Source: Bispira polyomma (Eukaryota). Taken from it: DNA of 64,000 nt. Both the position numbers and the translations under genes were made by a program. The notes below the pieces were generated by a model, which saw nothing but the letters and a program-made list of their open reading frames with translations, was not told the DNA's origin and searched no databases. Shown in pieces: positions 16,335 through 28,300 of this stretch (its first letter is position 1; every line of letters starts with the position of its first letter). Location: positions 37,944,001-38,008,000 of the forward strand of contig OZ287754.1 of NCBI GenBank assembly GCA_965649765.1. The letters run 5' to 3'.

Positions 16335-19300
16335 TGTGGTAGTGTGTATATGTGAATGAGGGATGTGTTTCATGTTCACTCTATTTTAAAGTGTATTAGC
16401 TCGTGTTCTGACAAAAATTCCATGAATTCAGAGTGTGTATCATTTACCATACAAGCCTCATTCCGGCCCTGTGACATTTGGCGAGCTTGCCAGGATATTT
16501 TTTGAGGCTTTGGTAAATGATAACATATATTGTTGATGGGCTATATTGTACACAATATATAAACTTTATTTTGGATAAAGTTTTTGGATTGTCATATTTT
16601 GGATTTTTTTTTTGCATTTGGAATATAATTTGTCGGCTATTTTTTGGGACATTCCTGTCGCTCAAATTGTTGTACTCCGGATTTGGTGGTTGTAATTTTG
16701 TTGGAAAGTTAAGGTTGTTATCAAGTTTTTAGTTTACATGGTCGGCATGTTGCTTTAACATATCCAGTGTACAGTTTAAAGTGGAAAGTACGCACAGGAT
16801 TTCTTTTCCGTTACTTACCACATACTGGATTGAATGGAACATTATATGATTCGTTGAGTTGCGTATTGAGTTACCACAAACTTTTTACTGTCGACTAGTT
16901 ACTGTGCGTGAACAGGCTGCAGTAGAAAGAATATTTACCCTTAAATTGTCCATTTTGTTACTCTTCAATGATTTTTTGAAGATTTTTTTAATCAGTCTCA
17001 TTCTTTTTAAATGACACACTGATCATATTTCCTCTACTTGGGTGTTATAATTTTATCTTCCATGTTTAAACATACTTGATTCAGTCTACTTTATAAATCA
17101 TATAGGGCAGTGCTGATTTGAGTGTAAGTTTCCATACATTTTTTGGCATTGAAGGTTCAAAGCATTGGCAGTGATTGACAAATTGGTCTCCAATCTTCCG
17201 TAGTACTTGGTGATTTACTTATTTTTTTTACATTGTGTTTGATTTGCAAAGACAATTGACAAGAAATAGAGGTTTAGCTCTTCAGTTCACATTTCTTGAT
17301 TGATAGTTTTGTCATTTGTAAATAGTTTTTGTTGTATATACCAGCATTTATTAGCAAGGTTCTTTTAGCAAAGGTTTCATTCTTAGTACTCTTGATAAGA
17401 TGGACGTTGATGAGCTCCAATGGCTTCTAGCTTTAGGGAAAGAGATTGGTTTGGAAGGGAAGGATGGGAGAAAAACAACGTCAACGTGATCTGTAGTTAA
17501 CAAAACTGAGGCTTGAAAGTAGTACAGCTAGTCAGTTAGATCAATGTACTTCAGGCAAAATGCAAGTTTAGTTTAAGCTAGCTAAACTTCCATATTTTGA
17601 TAAAAACAAAGACAGTATCGATGCATACTTAACACACTTTGAGAAGAATCCACACAGTTTTGAAGACGGATAAAGAAGAGTGGGCTATCTACCTAGCTAC
17701 ATTACTGAAGGTAAAGCTCTTGAGGTCTATTCTAGATTGTCAAGTGAAGAATCAAACAAATATGATGTCTTGAAGATGGCTTTACTCAGAGGCTACCAAT
17801 TAACAGAAGATGGTCTGAAGAAGAGGTTTCACACCAGTTGTCCTGAGGTTGGTGAGTCTTGTACACAGTTCATGGTGAGACTTGCTAGTAAACTTCACCG
17901 ATGAATAGATGCCACTAAAATTTCAAAAATGTTTGATGGGTTAGCTGCTTTGCTAATAAAAAAATAGTTCGCAAGTGTGTGTGACCAATGCAACTTTAAG
18001 AAAATATTTAAAGTAATAACACAGAGTTAGCAGAATTTGCTGAGAGGTACATAGATGCACATGACATGATATCTTGGAGAGCAGATTCTTTCAAGAAAAA
18101 GAAAAAAACACAGAGAAAGTGAAAATCCAAAAGACAAATGGGAAAAATGTACAGTTCTACTTGGTATAATGGAAAGAAGGTAAGTTGTAGTGGAAAGATA
18201 GTCTGGTAAGTATAGCAGAAGACAGTGAAACTATGGTTTGAGGAATTTATTTAAATTCTGTACATGTTAGTAAATCTATATACAGGTAGGTGTAAAATAG
18301 GTATAAATTATTAAAATACAAGGTAATTTTAAAATCACCCATTACATGACAACACAAGCAAAAGCAAGGTAGTAAATAATACAGAGGATAAAACCTCACA
18401 AGCATTAAGCAGCAAGCTGGGAAAACCAACGTCTGAGGACTAAGCATTTGCCTAGCATACAACAGTACACCTTTATAACAATCAGCCCCTAAGGCCAACG
18501 TCGATCCAACACTATTCAACACAATTATGCCAAATGACATTACATCATACCAATACTATTCAATACAATTATGCCCAATGACATTACATTCAACATTTTA
18601 AATCATACCAATATTTAATCGTTAACTAGTAAATTTCCTATTTAATCCGGACTTATAAGCCGTATTATGCCTGCGCTAGCAGCCTTAATTGGAGTTTTTG
18701 GGAACCCGGAACTTACAGCACCGACTCGCCTAGCAGTGAGACGTCCTACCTCACAGAGCATTTCCCCCCTGGTAGCCCACACCAGAGGGTAGGTTATGAG
18801 GAAGGACCTAACACCACACAGTTCCGAGTTCAAAAAACTCCCACAAATCCAACCAAATTTAAGTGATTTCCTATCTTACAAAGATTTTCAGCAGGGCCCT
18901 TTTGGGTCCGCAACCAGAGATCTTCTTAACATAGTATGTGCTTAGTACCAAAAGTGGCCATAGCTAAGAAATGAACAATGAACATTAACTTATGGTGTGG
19001 TTAAGGGGAGGTGGGTGGAAAATGTACGTGTGTGTACTGCTGAATCCTTTTCCAAAATGGAAGATATTAGGACAGGAATGCAGAATTTGGGAGGGAAGAC
19101 CCCTAATTGGCTGGCCAGTTCACGGTTGGATGAATCATGCTACAGTTGTCGAATTTGCCCCTAGGGCTTAAAGTAGTAATACATTTTCCTTTGGTTGAAC
19201 TGAAGTAGCAGACCCCTATTGGGTCGTGCTATGCACAGTTCTACTTGGTATAATGGAAAGAAGGTAAGTTGTAGTGGAAAGATAGTCTGGTAAGTATAGC

Positions 19301-22300
19301 AGAAGACAGTGAAACTATGGTTTGAGGAATTTATTTAAATTCTGTACATGTTAGTAAATCTATATACAGGTAGGTGTAAAATAGGTATAAATTATTAAAA
19401 TACAAGGTAATTTTAAAATCACCCAAGCCAAACTAGGAAGGAAGTTTAGGTATAGAGGAGGCGAAAGTGAGAGGGACAGCAGAAGTTGTTTGAGAATTCT
19501 GATGCAAATATGACCAGACTGCAGATGACCTCCAGAGGCCGTGCGCCATGATGTTTTGAAGTGACACGTTATTATTAAAGGCATATGTTGCCCCTGATCT
19601 TCTAAATGTGTGGAAACTATGTGATTTGGTGGGAATTCCCACATGTGTAAGTATTGAAGCTAGTGCAGAACGCACATGTGTTTCTACAATTGGATAGTGT
19701 GGGTAAGTACTACTGACGAAAAGTGGGGCATCAGGTGACAGAGGTCTAGATTTCAATAATGTCTGTATGGCCTTGACTGGACATAGTAAAACATTGTCCA
19801 GTAAGGGTATCTGTATAATGTGAAACTGTGATCTAATTTGTAAATTCTTTGCCCACTTCAAGATCAAGTGTGCACCTGGGTGGCCAAAGATTATATCTTT
19901 CCTTAGAAAGTGACGAGTTGGATCAAATTTGGATCTGGAATGAGGGACTATATTGGATATTCTCAAGAATCCAAAGAAAGCTAGCATGAAAATGGCCCTA
20001 TATAGAGGTGGGTCTCTTAAAATATCACAAGCTTTGGAGATCAGTAATAAGTGTTCAATGTGGAAAATTCCTTTAGGTGAAGGTCTAAATGGTGATGTAT
20101 GTGTCAAGCTTCTAGTAAACATAGACACTGTATTGTTTTCAAAAATTTTTGTATCCCAGTACAACTTCTTGGCCATATGTTTAATGGCTGCAAGATGGTT
20201 ATTAACCATGTTGGGTGACGCCCCTGTTTGTACCAAGTATTCTAGAAATGCAATCAATGAGTGTGTGGTAATTTCTTCTATTCCAGCATAGCAAGTAAAT
20301 GAGATGAAGGTTCTAAACTGGGTATTGTAAGTCTGTGTAGTCTTTGGACGCAAAGCACAGTCAATCCTCTGCCATGCTGAGTCTGTGAATCTTTGTGTGA
20401 TGTGGTTTGATCCTGAAATCATATATTTAAGTCTAGGTTAAAGTACTGGAGTGGAATGGTGTGCCACTTACAGGAATCCCTTAATATTTCCAACTGTCCC
20501 TTATGGGGGGGTTGCTCAGAAAAAAGTCTTGAAAGGAGGTCAGCAATTACATTGTCTTTACCTTTAATGTGCTGAATCTCGATTGTAATATCATGTACAG
20601 CCGAGATTAGCCAGATATTCCTTAAACATAAAGCAAGAAAATCGTCTTTTGTCTTATTGGACCTAACTACCAGGACAACGGACATGTTGTCACAATTCAT
20701 GATTATACGTCTATGACTCCACTGCTCACCCCAGACCCTTAAAGCTAATAGAATGTTAAGCATTTCGATATGCACGATAGATAAAGCCCTATTATAGATG
20801 TTGTATAATGGGGTAGCGAAAACCTCATTGGTGTAGATGGCCCCTAGGCCAGTGAGGCATGCATCAATAAAAACCTCGTCCTTATGCTTAGCAATTACCG
20901 GATCGATGAACGTAATACCATTATAGCGTGGTAGAAATTGTACGAACCATAATAAGTCAGCCTTCATGTCATGCGAAATTTTAAATCGTTTAGCTTGACT
21001 GTTATTCCGAAACGCCATAAGAAGTCTGTTTATAAACATTCGAGCAGGCTTTACACATTTATGGATGTAAAGCAATTTTCCCAATATTGATTGAAATTTA
21101 GTTCTAGATATCCAAACTTTGTTAACTATTTCTAAACAGAGGTTATATGTTTCCTGTATTTTTTCGGGAGTAATACTTATAGTGCCTGCCTGAATGTCGA
21201 TATCTATGCCAAGACAGGTGACTTTTGAACTTGGTTTTGAAATTTTTTCTGGGTTTAACGGAAAACCAAGTTTGGTAACCAGTTCATATAATTGGTTAAA
21301 AGCTTCTTCTGCTTCCGAGTCTGGAGAAACGCCTACATAATCGTCGATATAACAGAAGATCTTATGGTTGTGCTTCTCCATGGTGTGTGCTATAACGTCC
21401 GAGCAACGCTGAAAAGCAGCCGAGCCGTGGACCCAGCCGAACGCAACCGCCGGATCAACGTACTTATGGTCATCAAATTTGATTCCTAATTTCATGGCAT
21501 CGACTGGGTCCACCCTCAAATTTCTAAAAACGCGCGCGACGTCCAGTTTAAAGATACGTGGAGTGTGTGTTTTACGAATCTGTTCTACTATATCGTCTAT
21601 TGTGGGAAATTTTAAGGTGAAGTCCACTCCATCGAATTGTTTCCTATTGACATTGTCATTAAGTGATTCCCCACTGGGGTGAGACAAGTTTAAAATTACA
21701 CGCCTTTTGGAATTGTCCTTAGGTCTGGTGAGCAGTGGAGAACAGTGAAATAATTCATCCTTAATGTCTAAACTAGGTCCTAACATGGCCCCACACTGTT
21801 TCTCTTTTTTTAAATATTGCCTTATGTGGTCCTTAAATTGAAGTGCAGAGTGGTGATTGGTGGTATCCTTGACCTTTAAATCCTTTGGACAAGTAAGTGA
21901 GAGGGGAAAACCAAACTTGATATATTGTAGTAAAAGTTCATCTGGGTAATTTGAAAGGACTTCCTCCCATGCTTTGGTGTTAAGACCTGATACCAGGGGG
22001 ATCCTTGCTCCCTTATAATTGGGACATCCCGTATCCCTAATGGTTTGTGCTATTTCAGACATTTCCTTAATTGAAGTAATGTGTATGGGGGCCCTGTCAG
22101 GTCCTATAAAACTAAACTTGGTTTCTGAGATTGCCAAGAAACCCTTAGTTTTGTTGGGGAAATTAATATCCTTATCCACTATGGTGGCACTTGTGGTAGT
22201 TTGTGAGAAATGTCCAAAAGTTTGGAAGAAGAGATCGCACGACGCTACTTTACCTTTATGGCAGGTTTGAACCTCCATTGGTCTGTCATTACTGACAACA

Positions 22301-25300
22301 CATGTTGTATTTACATTTATGTCTAACAACATTTCGTCAATGATATTTGTTACATATTCTGTATAACCTTTTTTGAAATTGTTTTTGCAATACATTTCTT
22401 TTTGAAAATCATGCCAAGCATCCTTAGCTTTACATTTGTCATCATCAGTAACTGTTACAACCTTGTTGCTGTTTTGAAAATCATCCCTAAAATTAGCCAA
22501 AGCTATTTGAGTTGTGACTATGCTCGTCACTGACATTACCCCAGTTGGTGGGTTCTTACATCTGTAGAAATTTGTCCCAAAATCCTCATCCCATGAGGTG
22601 TAAAAACCAGAAACATGTGGCAGCTCAGACTGCACAAAAACCACAGGCATTCCTTGTGTAATGTGAGGCATGCAAAACAACCAATTAGTAGTAGAGATGG
22701 TAACTTTTACTTTTGTCTCATTTGGGGTACCATACTTGGCATTAACACTGCTGGCATTACATAAATCAGCATTAACTGTAAAATTTCTTTTATTCTCTCT
22801 TTCTAAATGTTCACCAATATTTCTGTTTCCCCAAAATACAGGGACTTCGCTGTGTGAATTATCTAGACCATTTATCTTAATATCACCTTTATTTTTAGAA
22901 AAGCCCCCAAATTTGGTGAATTGACCATAACTGTCATCTCTGTACATTCTAGTACTGGTACTCGAGTCCAGTACACTGGCCCTGATATATTGCTGAACAT
23001 TCCATTTCTTGACCCCAATAGGTTCACTATTATTAACCTTCTTGTCGATACTAACTGTTAAGCTAGGATCACACATTGCCGTTTTAGCAGTGCATGAATT
23101 TTTTATCTTTCCAAACTTGTTAGGCAATCTAATGACATTATAATTTTTAACTGCAATATGGCTATCATCAATGCTCTTTTTGTCAGTACTGATTGACAAG
23201 CTAGGTTTACACATTTCCGGTTTAACAGTGTGTACATTTTTTACATTTTCACTTTCATGTGACAATACATTCACATTAACATTTTTAGGTTTGTTTGAAG
23301 AAATATACGAATTATTACTTTCCATCTTATTTAACAATGAAAGCATATGCTTATCTGCTTTAGTTATGTCTTGGTCTTCATAATTCTGTTTTACATATAC
23401 TTCTAACTTATTCTTACTTTCACTGTTATGACAAGATGGCCCTAGTCCTGGTAGTTGGTCAATGTCCTAGTGGGTAGAAGAAGATCCTGATTCTGCCTGT
23501 TTAGCTGAGTTGGACTTATAACACTTAAATTCTGGGTGGTATACGTCTTTGTGAAGCACGGTAGCACAGTGCCAACACACATGCTTATACTGGCTGTGAT
23601 CTGCTTTATGCGAACACTTTCCGGAGTTATACAGTTTGCAAATAACCTTGGCTGTTGATCCGACGTGAGTAGATGAAGCATTGGTGGTTTTAGAATTCAC
23701 CATAGCTAGCTGTGACGCACTGAGCCTGTTGAGGGCCCACTGCGTTGTGTCCCCCCAGGACAGTCTACCTTCTTCAATCTCGGTCATGTTTAACGCCCAG
23801 GCCGTTCGGACGACCTCCCATGGTAGTGACGCGGCGTCCCTGAGGGATAGAACGACCTGCTGTATAATTTCTCTCGAGACCAGAGGGTCCGTGACCTGGA
23901 GAGCATTTGCCAACTGGCCAGATGCCCACTGAGGAAGCGACAAGTCATCATAAGGTGGTCGTTTACGCGAAGAAGTACCCGTCCACCCCTCGTTTGCCCA
24001 CCTAGTCTTCGGGTTGCTGTTCGGTATGTCTGTAGTATTAAATCTCCCCGACTTCTGTCTGAGAGCAGCCTTACCTTGGGTAAATACGGCCTGGGCCTGG
24101 AGGTTGTACTCGGCTAGCCTCTCGTTGACCCTTGCCTGTATGTCTGGCAACGTCTTCAGGATGTCTGCTTTGGGAACGATTGCATCAGTGGTGTAGTCGA
24201 CCCGGTTAAGTGAACTGGCTGTTGACGTGTGTGGCTGAGCCGTGGTACTGATCGACAGCGGTGCCTGTGGATACGAGTGACTAGGATTCGTCATGGAACC
24301 TGGAGCTGAGAGGTGTGGCTGAGCCGTGATGTCGTTACCCAACGCGACCTGGTGAGCGGAACGTGTGGGATTTAGGCAAGGAGATGCTGACTGAGCAGTC
24401 GAGTCTCTAGCTTCTACTCGATCCAACCTATGGGTGAGTAGCGCGTTAGATTCCTCAAGCCGCCTTAGTATGGTTAGCATTTCATTGGCCTGGTGTGATG
24501 ATCCGGTGGGGTTCGGAAGCCGAGATCGGGTAGATGGAGACACGTGGTCGGCCTCAGCTTGATCAAAGAGGCTACTGGGGTTAGTTATGATACTGTCGTC
24601 AATACAAGTATTCTTACCCAATTTGCTTTTCTTTGCTGTACCTTTCTTTGTTGCCTTACTGCCTTCAGTAGCTGGGGTCTTCTTAGTGTGTCTTAATTTC
24701 CTTTCAGACGTCCTCCCCATTTTACCACAATATATATATCACAAACACATAAAAAGTAGAGTATATTAAAAACAAACAATAGAATAAAAAACTAAAATAC
24801 TAAAAGCAATTGGATTCAGCAGAGCCTTCATAAACTTGGCTGTATAAAATGTATGTGTGTGTACTGCTGAATCCTTTTCCAAAATGGAAGATATTAGGAC
24901 AGGAATGCAGAATTTGGGAGGGAAGACCCCTAATTGGCTGGCCAGTTCACGGTTGGATGAATCATGCTACAGTTGTCGAATTTGCCCCTAGGGCTTAAAG
25001 TAGTAATACATTTTCCTTTGGTTGAACTGAAGTAGCAGACCCCTATTGGGTCGTGCTATGCAAAAGACGAGAGAGACAGAGATTATAAAAAGAAAATTGA
25101 CGAAAAGAAAACGCCAAGGAATTGTTTTTTTATGTGGGAAGCAAGGTCACTTTACAAAGGATTGTTTTCTTAAGAAAAAAACTTATTGGTGCTTTGTGTT
25201 CTGAACATGCAGGTAGTTCTAGTAGTTCCTCGGAAGATGAAGACAGTGTAGTTTCAGTTCAATCTTTTGAGTCACATTCTAAATCTCATGTTGGTAGGAG

Positions 25301-28300
25301 GGTTAGGCAGAACGAGAATTTGTCTTGTACTCATGACTTGGTAGCATTTGATTGTAGTTCTGGTTCCAAAGTTTTTGCCAGTAACGTTGAGCCTACCAAA
25401 AGTCTTTGTGCTTGTCCAATGCCAAATATTACTGAGGTTACATTGAATTGTGGGCACAAAATCCATGTCTTGAGTTCATGTATAAATAAGTTGCCTCCCA
25501 ATATGCCAGTTTTCAAAGGTTTTGTTGGTGACAAAGTTGTTGATGTATTGAGGGACACAGGATGTTCAGGAGTTGTAGTCAAGAAGGCACTTGTTAACCA
25601 GAAACAGTATAGTGGAAAAGTCCAGCGCTGTGCTTTCATTGATGGTTCAGTGCATACATTCCCCATAGCAGAAAATTATCTTGACACACTATACTACAAG
25701 GGTTATACTTGTGCAGTTGTGATATAGAGTCCTTTGAATCCTTTGATAGTTGAAAGTATTTCTGGTGTTGATGATAGTTCCTTAGCTTTGGTTGATTTTT
25801 CTAGATTGCAAAGAGAACAACAGTCCAAAAGTGTTTCTGTTTCTCAGGCTGTTATTACTCGTAGTCAAAAACAACATCAAACTGTTAGTAAAACTAAACC
25901 TTTGAAGGTAATGCCTAGTGAGGTTGAAGGTGTTAAAAGAAAGGACTTGATGTCTTTGCAATGTGAAGATTCGACTCTGAAGAAATGTTTTATTCAGGCA
26001 AAACAAAAGGTGAAACAGAAGAGTGGTCAAAATAACATGTCTTGGTTTAAGATTGAAGATGGCCTATTGATGAGGTATTATCAGTCTCAATAGGTTAAAT
26101 TTGGTAAAAAGATTAGTCAAGTTGTGTTGCCAAAACAACTTTGTCTTCAAGTCATGAAAATTGCTCATGGTGGTTTGTTTGATGGTCATTTTTTGATCTC
26201 GCAAGACATTAGGTCGAGTGTATGCAAATTTTGATTGGCCCGGAATCTATGGAGATGTCACTAGATTTTGCCAGTCGTGTGAGCAGACTAGTCCTGAAGT
26301 CAAGTTAACATATGAGTATGTTATGGATGTAAAAAAACGTTTGGAAGATACTCTAGAAATTGCAAAGGGTAACTTAGGTTCCAAAAGTCAGTCCTAAAAG
26401 CATTACTATGACAAGAGGGCAAAGAATAGTAAATTTTCTGTTAGAGATAAGGTCATCCTATTACTTTCAACAAGTGAGAATAAGTTACCAATGCAATGGA
26501 AGGGGCCATTTGAGGTGAAAGAAAAAATTGGTTTAAATGATAATAGAATATGTTTTGATAAATCCTAGGTTGAGTGTGAGGCAAAAACAGCAGATTGATA
26601 ATTTGTCAGATGAATTTTAGAATATTTTTACTGATGTTCTAAAAGGTACAAACTTGTTGGAACATTCTATTCCCTTGACAAGTGATAATCCAGTGTGTTG
26701 TAAACCATACCCGGTTCCCCTTTCAATGAGGCATGTTATAAAAGATGAAGTTTGCAAGATGTTGGAACTTGGTGTCATAGAGCCATTTACTGGTAACTAT
26801 GCATCACCAATTGTTCTAGTGAATAAAAAGGATGAATCCATACGTTTTTGCATTGACTATAGGAAGCTGAATTGTGTTTGTTATTTTGATCACATGCCTA
26901 CTGCTTTACCAGAATGCTTGTACTCTAAACTCTCTTCTGATTCTGTCTTTTCAAAGCTAGATTTGAGCAAGGGTTATTGGCAAATACCATTTAAACTAGA
27001 CGATCGTGATAAACCACATTCATCACTCCAGGAAATGGCATGTTCAGATTCAAAGTTGTTCCATTTGGTCTGGTTACGTCTGGTGCAAGCTGCCACAGGT
27101 TGATGCATATTTTGTAGATGATATTTTGGCTCACACTAAAGACTGGTCAGGTCATTTGATGGTGTTGAGGAAATTGTTTGAAGTTCTAAGAGAAGCAAAC
27201 CTAGCTGTGCGTCCTTCAAAGTGTATGTTTGGGTTTGAGAAGGTAGAATTTCTAGGCCATATGGTTGGTCAAAATAAAGTGAATCCTTGTGCAAAGAAGG
27301 TTAAGAAAATCAAAAAGGCAGTTCATCCACAGAATAAGAAGCAGCTCAGATCTTTTCTGGGTCTCATTGGGTACTATAGAAGGTTTATCCCAAATTTTTG
27401 CTGCTAAGGCTTCTCCACTAACAGATCTTACGACGAAGGGGTGTCCAAATATATTAGTTTGGGAGAGTATCCATCAAGAAGCTTTTGAACAGCTGAAATC
27501 TGCTTTGATGACTAAGCCAATTCTGAAATTACCTGTTGAAGACAAACAGTTTATTGTTCAAACTGATACTTCTGCTACAGTAATTGGTGAGGTATTGCTT
27601 CAGGAACATGATATAATCTTATTCCCAATATGCTATATCAGCAGAAAGTTACAGAAACAAGAAGAGCATTACTCAGCCATAGAAAAGGAGTGTCTTGTGA
27701 TTATCTGGGCAATTCAAAAATTGCAGATGTACCTGTATGGTAAAAAGTTTGTTTTACAGACAGATCACCAGCCATTGGTTTGTCTAACTACAACCAAAGT
27801 TGCAAATAGTAGACTCATGAGATGTAGCCATATCACTTCACTATCATGTCACTGAAAATGTTTTTGGTGATTAAATGAGTAGATTAGAATGTCTAAGTGT
27901 ATGGGTAAAGCATAAAACTTATGAGTGATTTGAAGATGAAAACATGGTTTTCACTTCAAAAGGGGGGCTTATGTCACAAAGTGACTTCATAAGGTTTATT
28001 CTTTAAGCTAGTTCTGCCTAGGGTCGTTATGGTTTTTGGATTCTTACTTTTTAATTCTGGTCTATGGTGTTCTGTATGAAGTCATTGTGGGTTTACTATG
28101 ATTTTGATCAGTATGGGGTGTGTGTTCATGCGTCACTGAACAAAGCATTTTAGTGTGGAATTAGTATCTTGGGTTTTAGTTTGTTTGAAGCCACACTTTT
28201 GGCAGCACATGTTTTGAAGCTCCAGACTGTTGTTTGAAGGAAACTTCCAGCATTAAAGGTATTACCTTAAGATTGTTTCAATTCACACTAACATGGTGTT

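Larger units (their letters stand above)
18152..25062 (-). mobile_element. Ngaro-like tyrosine-recombinase retrotransposon A, full length, split direct repeats A1-gag-pol-YR-B1-A2-spacer-B2
   Basis: A1 24846-25062 matches A2 19019-19235 (217 bp, one mismatch seen); B1 19236-19425 matches B2 18152-18341 (190 bp). Gag, RT/RH and YR are uninterrupted; no methyltransferase or terminal inverted repeats; no TSD. Confidence 0.93.

Noticed and set aside
18433-18465. CTGAGGA as a hammerhead ribozyme core (also at about 29273)
   Set aside because: No GAAA follows the putative stem II, and stems I and III cannot be closed.
19953-24769. Plus-strand ORFs opposite the Ngaro genes (also opposite Ngaro B, the G1/G2 pol regions and the neuropeptide)
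   Set aside because: Antisense shadows of real coding frames, with no motifs of their own.
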